A stretch of DNA of 64,000 bases from Azolla caroliniana (taxonomy: Eukaryota > Plantae > Polypodiophyta). The DNA is taken from the NCBI GenBank assembly GCA_043228905.1, contig JBHGNT010000002.1, forward strand, positions 19,840,001 through 19,904,000. The letters run 5' to 3'. The notes beneath the pieces were generated by a model. That model searched no databases, was not told the DNA's origin, and worked only from the letters and a program-made list of their open reading frames with translations. Below are positions 53,182 through 64,000 of this stretch, one piece after another. Within the stretch, counting starts at the first letter, position 1; each line of letters opens with the position of its first letter. Both the position numbers and the translations under genes were made by a program.

Positions 53182-53683
53182 TTATAAGAATTTATTAAAA
53201 GAACATTGACAAAGTCAAGCGCTAGAAAGATCTAAAGCTATGCACCATCGACAAAAAGTGCTTGAATCACCAGAAAGGTACATGTGCTTGATTATAGATG
53301 GCATGGATCAGCACAAGACTTGCTTGCCACACTTTCGAAGGTTGTTGAAGGATATTGGAGATGAATGCCTTGTCCAAATGCACTTAGTAGGTTGTTTGTC
53401 TCGTTGTCAGACAATAAGGCCTCAAGTGTTCTTAATTTATCCTAATGTCCACAACGACCCTAATCTTACAGTCGCAGTAATGCAAAGAGTTTTACAGTCT
53501 TGGCAAGGTATTCTCTCGCTAGTACTATACTTGCAACTAGACAACATGACTAGAGAAAACACAAACTTGAATGTGTTCGGTTATTTAAGCATGCTAGTAG
53601 AAAGGGTCATATTTAAAAAGATTAAGGTAAACTTCTTATTATTTGGTCATACGCATGATTCAATAGATCAAATGTTTAGCCGG
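53182..53683 (+). pseudogene. DNA transposase core fragment (DGMDQ...DN..RENxN...GHTH.SID; Sola-like DDD/E RNase H fold)
   Basis: YMCLIIDGMDQHKTCLPHF...LYLQLDNMTRENTNLNVFGYLSMLVERVIFKKIKVNFLLFGHTHDSIDQMFSR, cut exactly at the LTR terminus TGTCGTG at 53684. Confidence 0.8.
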
Positions 53684-56600
53684 TGTCGTGGATATTCGTG
53701 GATTTGTGTTGAAACGGGGTGGGACCACTAGGGTCTCGGACCAAGGATCCAGTGTGAGAAGAAGGTTGTCCGGACACGTATCCGCTCCGGATCGATGCTG
53801 GGATGCTGGACGGTGAGCACGCTGTCGCGAAGATTCGCGCGTGCGTGTGCTACTCGAGCAACCACCGGGGTCTTGGACTGGGAGGATGTTCGCAAAATTA
53901 TCGAAGAGATGATGATCAATGTAAGATTAGATGAAATTTGTTCACTTGAGAAGAAGAAAGATTGTACACTTGAGAAGAAGAAAAATATGAAGAAGATAAA
54001 GACAAATATAATTATATTGATGATAGTGGTGTTGGTGATATCACATATTGAGCCCCCCTTACACAAGCTCAAGTAGAGGCTTTTATAGGTCTTTCCATGC
54101 TTGCGACATGCACAAAACCATGGTTTTGTGCACACGGTTTTGCTTATGTCATGCACAAACCATGGGTTTAGAACCATGGTTTTGTGCACATGGTTTTTCT
54201 ATGGTTGTTTCGTCTATAATTCGTATATGAAAAGGAAATACATAAAATCTATACTATATGATAGTTGTCCTAGTGGTAAGGCAAACATCTTGTGTCTTAG
54301 AGGTGCAAGGTTCAAACCTTGCTTGCACCCCTTTGTATGAACTCAAGTGCCAGTAGGCAACACTTAGGCTTATTTGCTAAGTGTATGTGCAATGTTGCAC
54401 ATCCTTGGTTTATTCGTCTCACTCGGTTTCACATCGTAACCAAAAATCGTCAAGACAACGCGGGCTCAGAATCAAATACTGCTATGGACCGGTTGCCGGA
54501 TAGCGGCAAAGAGCTCGCATACTCGGATACGCACACATAGAGGGAAACAGAACAGAGATAAGGACACATGGATGCCCCGCACACGAAGAGACTCGGTAAA
54601 TTAATGATTAACAGAGAACACAGAGAGAATACAACTGGTAGTAGAGCTTCAAGCTCTACACACACACACACACACACACACAGAACGACGGGCCTCGGGC
54701 CGGGAGCTTGTGGGCTTCCTACGTGAGCAGAGGACTCCACCTTCGTCCCGAAATCAGCATAGAACCGAAAACGGGGGGAACGAAAGAGCTCGGATCTCAA
54801 ATCGGCAAAAACTTCGTTCTCCAAAATGGTGGATCCCCAAAACAGTTCAAAACCTCCCCTTTTATAGCATAAGGGGAGGTTGTTACATCACGTTTAAGAC
54901 AACTGATTCTGTTAGTAATTCTCCCTCGGTTTCCCCCCCACACATGCTTCATTCTTCTCTTTTCGTGGGACATTAAAGTACCCATCCAAATCCTACTACC
55001 TAGTACTTACTAGTCCTATGTTATATTCACATGTTTGTACACAAAGACAACTTTGTGTGCATCCATGCACACCTCGTTCCCGCATTCTCCGGCTCCTTTA
55101 CCCCTAGTAGCTGAAATTCCCCACGACATCCACCCCCACCAAACCGCACATCCTCCGGCATGTGCCAAGTAGTGAAGTGGTGGGGATTCCGACTAGGTCT
55201 TTACTCGCCTTCCCCCGATCCGTCGTTGATCCGGTCTTTGTGTGGCCCCTTGTTCTCATCGTCCCCCTCGCCTTTGTCGGCCCCTGGATCCGGTTCCGCT
55301 TCATGTTGTTTCTCTTCAACCGGTACCATGATCCTTGTCCTGTCAAGCTTGGCTAAATGGTATGTTGCGTTATTGTTGGCGCTTGTCACCACGTATGGCC
55401 CGAACCATCGTCGTGTGAACTTCTGGGTCAACCGGTGTTGATTGTCAAGGTTGTTGTCATAGACCAGCACCCAGTCGCCTTCCTTAATCTTCTGCGGCCG
55501 GAGTTGGTGTGTCCAGTTAAACCGGCCCTTGTTCTTTTTCCTCGCCTCTTTTATTCTCATCGTCGCTCGTTCCACTTCCTCTGGCCTCCGCTCGAGTTGT
55601 CGAATCCGCCCAGGTAGCAATTCTTCCTAGCTCATCTCCTCCACCCACTTGATCGACATCCATGAGGTTATCATCTGCTCCACTAGCATGATCAACTTTT
55701 GTCCAAACATGAGCTTGGCCGGCATGTACCCGGTCATTGAACTATGCATAGTCTGAGCGGTCCACAACGCATACGGAAGAAGCCTCAGCCAGTTTCTGAC
55801 CCGTTTGTCACATGCTCGCAGTAGCGCTTTCACAATCGACCCGTGCCCTCTCTTGACCTTCCCATTCGCTTCCAGATTGTAGGCCGTTGTGAGGGAACAC
55901 TTGATCCCTAGTCGGTCGAACAACTCCTCCGCTTCCCACGATCAATCACGATTTTTCCCCACGATCAGCCTCGATTTTTCCCACGCACTCGTACCGGTAG
56001 ATGAATTCCTTGATCAGGAACCTGCAAACCGCAACCGTTGTCTTGCTTGTTAAGGCTCGGTTCTCCACCTGGTTCGTCATGTCTTCTCTCGCGTCTGCCC
56101 CACCCCCATCGGCATCGTCACTAGGTCGACCATCCACTTGAAAAGAATGGCCAATGGGTAGGTCGGGTGCAGCTCATCACGGTGTCTGACTCCGGAATGC
56201 ATTTGACAACACTCACATGTCGTTACGAAGTGGAGCACATCCTTGTACATCTCGGGCCACCAATACCTTCCCTTAATTTTTTCGAATGTGGCCCACCTTC
56301 CTCGATGACCGGACCAGGGAATCTCATGGAATTCCGATAGGAGCACCGATTGTTCTTCCTTCGTCGTCACCACACAGAGTGGTGCACCTACCTGTCTCTT
56401 TGGAAGCCACCAGATTTTGCCATCCTTCAAGAAGAACCGGTAAGCCTTCTTCTTGATCCGACTTGCTTTGTCCTTCGTCCATGCCGTGTCCGGCGCCATC
56501 GCACTCAGGAACCACTCGATTTGAAGCCACTCCCCAGTGTAGTCGTTCTCGTTGAACTCAATAAGGGCTGGAGTGCTTCGTCTGTTTGCCGACATTCGAG

Positions 56601-58016
56601 CAGACTCAAAGAAGTCTTCACCGACTTCTTTGTCCTCCGATACCATGCCGTTTTCATCTTCGTACCGTGCCCTTGATAGCATGTCGGCCATGGTGTTGTC
56701 TTTCATGGAGATGTGTTGTATCTCCGGATTCAGGGACTTTATGTACGCGATCCACTAGAGCATTTCCAGGCTCGGGGTCGCGCATCCGGAAACCATACCG
56801 AGGATCAGTAGGCAGTCTGTCTCGATGATCACTTTTGCCTCGATTAGATAATCTTTGTCGGCCTTGACCACCGAAACGATACCCCCACATTTCGCGTTTA
56901 AGTTGGGCGTATCCTCGCTACTGCTTGCCTAACACCTTCGCACCGAACCGGATGGGGAACCGCGTTTCGGCTTCGTCCTCCTGATTGATCACCCACCTGA
57001 TCCCGATCGGACTTGTGTCTACCGTTACGAAGACTGGCGTGTCCTTCTTGTACACCGCTTTCCGGAGAGTCGGGGCTGTTGTTAGTATCTCCTTTAGTCT
57101 CTGGACCACCTCCATGTGCTCATCACTTCATTCGAACTTCCAGCCTTTCTTCAGCGAGCCATAGAGTGGCTCGAAAATATGCGCGTAGTGTGGAATCCAA
57201 ATGTGGTAGAAGGCGCATGCTCCCAAGAACCGTTGGACTTCCGTGACCGAGTTGCATCCTTCCTTCATCGTTGAGATGACCTCTGCCTTCGCCAAAGATG
57301 GTCTTCGGCCGTAAGGTCCGCATAGGTGTCTAACCACTAGGATCTCCGATTGCCCGAATGCCGACTTCTCCCCGGAGAAGGTAAGCCGAGTGCCCTCAAG
57401 CCTCTACAGTATATTCTTGCAATCGGAGATGTGGTCCACAACAAACTTCCGACATCCGGCCGCTCCGACCGATTCATCCTTTGCTTCCTCCGGACATCCC
57501 TTGATCAGGATGTCGTCTACAAAAGACATGCTGATGTCCGAGATGCAGTCCCTCAACACCTTGTTCATCACATTCACCATGTGCGCCACCAAATTTGTTC
57601 CTCCCTGCGGTATGGTACATATCCAAACTAGGCCGAGCAGGGTTTTCATCGTCATGATATTCCAATTCTTCACGGCTACCTGGAACTAGTCATACCCAGA
57701 ATACAAGTCTCCAACTGAGTAGATGGACCTTCCGGTGAAGGCCTCCGCGAAGTCATCTATTGTCGGACCGACTCCTGCATTTCGAATGGTCATCTTGTTG
57801 ACCGGTTGCAGGTCCTAGATAAAGCGAAGTGTGTCGTTCTTCTTCGACACCGTAAACCACTGATTCGAATAAGGGGCACTCGATGGTTCGAGAATCCCCA
57901 TCTCCACTTTCTCCGTGAGAAGCTCCATCAACTTCGGGATGTGAGCACTCGATACCGGAATCGGTGCGAGACTCCACGGTACATGTGGTACCGTGAAGAT
58001 TACCATTGGTTCTACG
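53684..58016 (-). mobile_element. Ty3/Gypsy element (3' LTR 53684-55128, PPT 55129-55140, integrase/RNase H/RT), 5'-truncated
   Basis: RT IPQGGTN...FVDD, RNase H VDTSPIGI and DNTMADMLSR, integrase GHRG...CECCQ, EANGKVKRGH and WFGPY. The LTR is bounded by TGTCGTG at both ends. Same family as the element at 655-3763. Confidence 0.92.
54261..54335 (+). mobile_element. tRNA-like SINE head within an insertion (~53905-54420) in the Gypsy LTR
   Basis: A-box-like cctagtggtaagg and B-box-like ggttcaaacc about 30 bp apart; no complete cloverleaf. Confidence 0.45.
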
Positions 58017-58633
58017 AAATAGATATTTACGTGGGACCAAGAATCTCGCATGCTGTAGAGGTGAGATGGCAAGGCAATGTACATGAGCTACAAGTTGGTA
58101 TGTTGGTTGCAACATTAGTTGGGGGTGATAAGTTGGGCCATCCCTTTTGGATTGCTAAAATCACCGAAATTATTAAGGACGAAGAAGGCAATCAAGTTCA
58201 ATCCATTGTGGTTCATTGGTATTATACCTCTTCCCTAGATGCATATACTGGGAAGTACTCTTTAGAGATGGTTAAGGATGTCGGAGGCATAAGCAGAAAG
58301 CGGAGAAGAAAGAATCTACCCATCACGTCTTCTCTAACACTTGATAATGTTCACATACTAGTGTATGACTTCTCCTTGACCAAAATAGGCCATCTAAGAT
58401 AGACTACAATGAAGATAATAAAAGAGAAGATCCCAAATGTGCCTCTTGACACAACACAAAGACGACCAAGGAGTATGTCTCATAATCACAGTGATGTTGG
58501 ATTACAATTGGATGAAGACATTGCGGTGGTTGCTAGTGACGATGAGGATGAGACCTCACAAAGCTCTTCTGGTTCATTGGGTGGGTCTGAAGGGGAAGAC
58601 ATATCTTTGGGAAGTGATAGTTCTGATATATGA
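58017..58633 (+). pseudogene. C-terminal part of the DNA transposase gene: BAH/Tudor-like beta-barrel plus acidic tail
   Basis: ELQVGMLVATLVGGDKLGHPFWIAKITEII...IVVHWY...HILVYDFSLTKIGHLR*TTMKIIKE...DDEDETSQSSSGS. AT-richer than the Gypsy it abuts, and on the same strand as the transposase core. Confidence 0.55.
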
Positions 58634-58924
58634 AATGTAAATATTGTATTTTACATCAAGATGGCGATTCATGAATATGTATAAATATAGGTGGTAGTCC
58701 TTTTGTACATTCTTTTGTAAGTTTCACAAGTCGATTATTTAGGCCTTTTTGGAAAGCCCTAAATATTTGGACATGGTATAAATCAATATATTTTGATTCA
58801 ATTTTCGAAAACCTTTACGCATGCGGTACCCCTTTTTGTGAAACGACCTAGTTTGTGCTTCTTCTTTTTACGGACAGTTCTTAAAATGCGACATATTACC
58901 TGTTTCAAATGACCCAGTGTTTAA

Positions 58925-60370
58925 AGGGATGTCAAGTATCTAATATTTATTTTCTCTCTAAACTCCATAAAACACCCATTGGTTTTAGACCCATCTACTT
59001 TTATAATAACTCGGTATTTGAGCAAACCTCTAAATGGCTACATTTTCAACTTTACCCATCCTAGTATGCCAAAAACAATACCTAAAAGACTCACACTCCC
59101 TCATTCAGAAATTAGAACAACTAACCCCCCATTCCTAACAGTTTCATATTCTCTTTTGATGTAGAATTCCTTTATCCTAGCATCCCTTCTAAGGTATGAC
59201 TCGAAGCACTTCGCCATATCCTCTCCCCCAATTTCTCCTTAGCCAAGACTAATCTTATCTATACCCTTAGCGCTCTAACCCTAGAGTATCACTACCTAAC
59301 CTTCGGTAATCAAGTATACCAACAAATCAAAGGGACATCCATGGGTAGCAACTTCTCAGTTGTCAATGCATGCCTTTCCTTATCACACTTAGAAAACTCC
59401 CAAACCACACCCCATCTCTTCTATTTTACTAGGTACATAGATGATGCCTTCGGGGTTTGGATAGGTACCAAACCCTAACTCTTAGAATACCTCAGTTTGT
59501 ATAGCCTTATGACCAATAACTCTATTAAACTTACGATCCATACTTCCCCCACTAGGCTCCCTTTCTTAGATCTTTGGATCAATCTTTCAATTGTTTCCAA
59601 AAACCATTAAATTCCTATCAATATCTTCCCTTCTCTTCAGACGATCCTATACATGTTAAACAAAATTTTATCTCGAACGAATTAAAACACTTCGTTGTTA
59701 GAGAAAGCACGCCTATAGGGTACCTAGAAATGAAAAAAACATTTCTTCCTTAGACTCATTTGCCGGGGTTACCCACCCCATTTCATCCTTAAGGCCTTTA
59801 AAAAAGATCCTTTCTCCCTTAGGAATACCCTCCTCCATAAGCATAAAAAAAAATCTTCCCTTACCCCTACCATCTTCAAGCTTTGGTACTCTCAAAACTC
59901 CCACAAATTAAGCATTCACTCGTTTTTACAAGACTTACATGCTGACCTTAGCCTAGTTCCCCAACTAAAAGACATACCTAAGCCTTTTATATGTTGAACT
60001 AAGTCCAAATCACTCTGTTCCTATCTAGTTAGAACTAAATATATTAGATCCCCAAATCCCCATTGAAACATCACACTTATTATGCTATCTATCTATTAGA
60101 ACTAAATATAATAGATCCCCAAACCATCCATTCTCATCAAACTTATTATGTTATCCCTCTCTACATCCACTACCTCCCTAACTCCCACATCTTCCTTTAC
60201 ACATATTCAAAACCCCTCCCTCTCTCTTCCTCCCTCTCTCATTCATCCCCACCACTCCCCTTTCTCTCTTCTCTCCTTTTCCCCTATATAAACCTCTCAT
60301 AGTTTTCTATATGGTCTTTAGCACTGATGAGCTCATATAGAGCGAAACATGTATGCTAAAAGACCTTTTT
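58925..60370 (+). mobile_element. Penelope-like retroelement RT (degenerate) with a 3' hammerhead
   Basis: Frameshifted peptides KLHKTPIGFRPI, SFDVEFLYPSIP, YQQIKGTSMGSNFS, FTRYIDDAFGVW, LPFLDL, FQKPLNSYQYLPFSS and SLCSYLVRTK are diagnostic of PLE RT and thumb regions. Confidence 0.88.
60313..60365 (+). ncRNA. Minimal type I hammerhead ribozyme
   Basis: Stem I ggtcttTAGCA / TGCTAaaagacc; core CTGATGA (60324-60330); stem II GCTC-atata-GAGC; GAAAC; palindromic ACATGT stem III; GTA cleavage triplet. Confidence 0.85.
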
Positions 60371-60388
60371 CTTACATAAATTGAAATT

Positions 60389-60439
<51 letters not shown>

Positions 60440-60559
60440 TTCTCCTCCTCTACTATTTTCTTTTATACTATGCTTTAGGTACCATACTATCCAACCTAAC
60501 TATTCAAACACCGAAGGTTATACATTCGCACTCCTTGCTTACGCCATAAGGCCAACAAC

Positions 60560-62350
60560 TACTAAAGAACATCTAGTCTACCAACTTAGGAAGAGTCTAT
60601 ACAACCTAAAACAGGCCCCAAGACAATAGTATAAGTAGTTTGACGACTTCATACAATTAGTCGGCTTCTTCAAGAGTGATGAGGACCACTGCCTTTTCTC
60701 CAAAACATCTCAAGATGGGTCACCCATCTTCCTCATCCTTTACGTGGATGACATGCTACTTTTCAATCAACATGTTAGAGAGCTTATTGATCTCATTCGG
60801 CAACTGTGGTTGAAGTTTGCTATGAAGGACCTCGGTCCAGCAAGACACATTTTGGGTATGAAGATCAGTCAGCTCCGGAATCAACAACAACTTTTTTTGT
60901 CTCAAGCCGACTACATCAAACGTGTCTTGGAAAACTTCAACATGCAATTGGCAAAATCTACTTCGACCACGCTCCCAATTAGTCTTTGGTTGTCTAAACG
61001 AGATTGTCTAACATCCTATCCAAATGGGGGATATGAAGTCGGTACCGTATGCACTAATAGTGGGCTCCCTAATGTACGTGATGGTCATGACATTGTGGGA
61101 TGTTGCTCATGCCAAAGGAGCCGTCAACTGATTTTTGCATAGCTCCGGCTGATCCCATTAGAATACAATAAAGCATGTGTACAAATATCTGGTGGACACA
61201 AAATACTATGGCATCCTTTTCAATCCAAACAAAACCTCAAGCGTTGATAGCTACATCGACTCAAACTTTGTCGGCTGCCTGGTGACACGACTGGACATTG
61301 CTCATGCCGTAGGAGCCGTCAACGGATTTGTGCATTCCCCCGGTTGATCAAATTAGAACACAGTAAAGTATGTGTTCAAATATCTAGTGGGCACAAAAGA
61401 CTATGGCATCCTTTTCAACTTGAACAAAGCCTCAGGCATTGTCGGCTACACCGACTCAGACTTTGTCGGCTGCGTGGGCAACTACTTCTTCAGATTCGTC
61501 ACTGGAGCAATATTGTGGAAGTCGAAACTTCAAGAATGCACGACCACATCAATGACCGAGGCCAAATATGTAGCCGCATCCAATATGGCAAAAGAGGCCT
61601 TATGGCTCGATCGGCTAGCATGCACATTTCGGCAAGCTGACTCCAATTCGACTCCGGTGGTCTACAACAACAGTCAGGGTGTTGTTGCCTTATCAAAGAA
61701 CTTGGTTCACCACAACGCCTCAAAGCACATCCACATTCGATACCATTTTGTTTGGGACTGCGTCACTTCAGGAAAGCTTGACCTTGAGAAAATTCCTATT
61801 GTCGACAATCTAGTAGATGGGATGACCAAATGTCTTCCGACTAACCGATTCCGGTCACGTCGGCACTAGATGGGCATAAGATACTAATACGATGGAGTCG
61901 AACACGAGGATGATTTCAGACAATTGGCTTCGACACTTAGACTTTCTAGCTGATCTTACTTCTGCTTTTGGCCATTGTCGATTAGGCCATAATCCGATTT
62001 GTCCAAACACTCCTCTTGTATAATCTGTATTGTTTTGTTTTATATTACTGATTGTTTTCGTTGTATACACCCATTATGGGGGAGTTTCGAATATGGGGTA
62101 TAATGGACAGACTAGGTTTAGGACATTTCTATAATTAGACTAAAGGGCAGTTGCCCTAGCTCAGTTATTATATATATTGAGCTTTTAACCTAGTTTAGTA
62201 TGGTGTTGTTGTTACCATTCTTTTGTACTATAATGTTTGAATAATAGAGTTACGCTATTTGTGCCCCTCTCTGTATCTCTCTCTCACACTCTGTCTTGGA
62301 TTTTGATCTTTATTAAGTTGTCTCTGCTTGACTAAATTTGTACGTGTAGC
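60560..62350 (+). mobile_element. Ty1/Copia RT-RNase H (degenerate), PPT and 3' LTR
   Basis: LRKSLYNLKQAPRQ, YVDDML, MKDLGPARHILGM, GYTDSDF, EAKYVAAS and SKHIHIRYHFV. PPT-like atgggggag at ~62076-62084. Confidence 0.9.
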
Positions 62351-62640
62351 TTAGTTGCACATCAAATTGTTGATCTCCATCACATATTGTTGTTCTTGTT
62401 TCTGCGCTAGCAGTATCAGTCTACAACATTCACTTCTCTTGTCTTCATCCGAAGCTCCTCTCTTGGATGGAAGCACTCGAATGCATAGACGAGCCATATC
62501 CTCTGGAGAGACTACTACTCTAACAACAACCAGCTGATCTTGAAGATCCTTAATCCTTTTTACAAAGGATTCCACTTTCTCTCCACCAATGAGCTTAAAT
62601 GCGCTCACAACTTTTGAGCTTAAATGAGATCTAGACTAGC
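62351..62640 (-). pseudogene. Copia gag (UBN2-like) fragment
   Basis: FKLIGGEKVESFVKRIKDLQDQLVVVRVVVSPEDMARLCIRVLPS. Confidence 0.65.
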
Positions 62641-63105
62641 TCACTAAAAAATTAGTGGGAACCGATAATGGACACAACCATTGTGTGAGAGAATGGATTA
62701 TATTATGTGTTTGTTTTGAGTGTAACATTAAATGTGCGAGTCAGTTGATAGTAGTGGAGATATTCCTTTTTTGTCAATTGACTTGTCATTTAATATGACC
62801 CAACTCCCTAGATACAAGCTAGTGCTAGATAGTACTTATCTTAAAGTCAATGACACATACTTCAAGACTAAGTACATTGTAATTTGCCCACAAAATATTC
62901 TTCTAGTTGACTTGATTAGTCAATCCTATTAGCCTACTTCGCTCTTTCCTAAATACATTGAGTCCTACTCATCGACGATTTCCTACATTGACACCTTATC
63001 GACCCATTGGTCAAGTTGCACAATAATTAATCCTCATTTGGGGCACTATCACAAAATGTGCACTCTAAGAGTACATATGGGGATAAATTGACAACTTGGG
63101 GCTGA

Positions 63106-63455
63106 TCATTGATTATATCTAACAAGTTCTTCCATATCCCTCCAAAGATGCTTAAAGGGTACCAAATCAAAAGCTTTCGTGAAGTCTACGAAGCAACAAT
63201 ATAAACATTTACCTCTAAGGTGAATTTTCTCCATTAATACTCGAAGGGTGACAAGGTGATCGATAGTACTATAATGTTTTCGAAAGCCAACTTGTCCATA
63301 AGCTCTCTTATCATTTGTTTCAACCAATTCACTTATCTTTGATTCCATTATACATCTAAATAGTTTTGCTATTAGGGAGCCAACCATGATTGTTCGATAG
63401 TTGTTTACATTATTTACATCTCCACCTTTATGTAAAGGTTTGATCCAATATGTAC
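63106..63455 (-). mobile_element. RTE-type LINE RT fragment
   Basis: WIKPLHKGGDVNNVNNYRTIMVGSLIAKLF...GQVGFRKHYSTIDHLVTLRVLMEK...CCFVDFTKAFDLVP. Confidence 0.88.
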
Positions 63456-64000
63456 ATTAATGGACCACTTGAAACTCTGGAAAGGTTTAAATACCTTGGT
63501 CTTAAAGTCCCCTTGAATCATAGATGGAATGAATGTGCTACACACTGCTTAGAAACGAGAAAAAGAGCATATTATATATTTGAGGACACATGAACGGTGG
63601 AGAAACTAAAATTTGAGTCCTTAAGAAATACCTTTTTGACACTCTTGATGACATTGATGTTTCTCTATAAGGTAATAACATCCCTAAGTCCACATGGGAA
63701 AAGTTTGAAAGTGGCAAAATACATTTTCTTACAAAGTTTCTCTAAGTTAAGAAACAAACATTATACACCCTCCTACTTCTTGAGACGGGACATTACTTCC
63801 CAATGAGAACATGGCAGTGGAAAGGGTTGTTAAATACATGCTTAAGGTTTAAAAATAAATGCCCCTCATGTTAACTTCCTACAGTCATATGGGAAGCAAG
63901 AAAAAAATTCCAAAGACACATAGAATCAAGACTTTTGGTTTTAGTTGGGTGTAACATATGGAAAAATGGTTTGGAAGATGGGATGGAACAAAACACTTGC

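Noticed and set aside
54261-54335. tRNA gene
   Set aside because: A/B boxes are present but there is no consistent acceptor or anticodon stem; treated as SINE-like.
57806-58402. 198 aa ORF as a single protein
   Set aside because: It is chimeric: the first ~70 codons are antisense Gypsy RT, and only the part after ~58016 is meaningful.

Overview
Eukaryotic (plant nuclear) DNA, most likely from a fern or another seed-free plant. The basis for that is the embedded plastid DNA, whose unedited codons would need both C-to-U and U-to-C RNA editing. The window is mostly nested, decayed transposable elements: Copia, a Gypsy family with TGTCGTG...CACGACA LTR ends, L1 and RTE LINEs, two hAT MITEs, and a Penelope-like element carrying a hammerhead ribozyme. 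There is one intact host gene, a 6-exon GARP MYB-CC (APL/PHL-type) transcription factor at 30522-34101. An ~11 kb DNA-derived plastid insertion (NUPT, rps12-5' to infA) lies at ~41746-52892. The most unusual signal flanks this NUPT. On the left (minus strand) is a spliced, degraded gene encoding a ParB-like domain fused to a bacterial-type beta-class N4-cytosine/N6-adenine DNA methyltransferase. On the right (plus strand) is a DGMDQ...GHTH-type (Sola-like) transposase with a C-terminal BAH/Tudor-like barrel. I infer these are the two divergent genes of one methyltransferase-carrying DNA transposon, later split by the NUPT and by Gypsy insertions. All calls are from manual reading and translation; no database searches were run.
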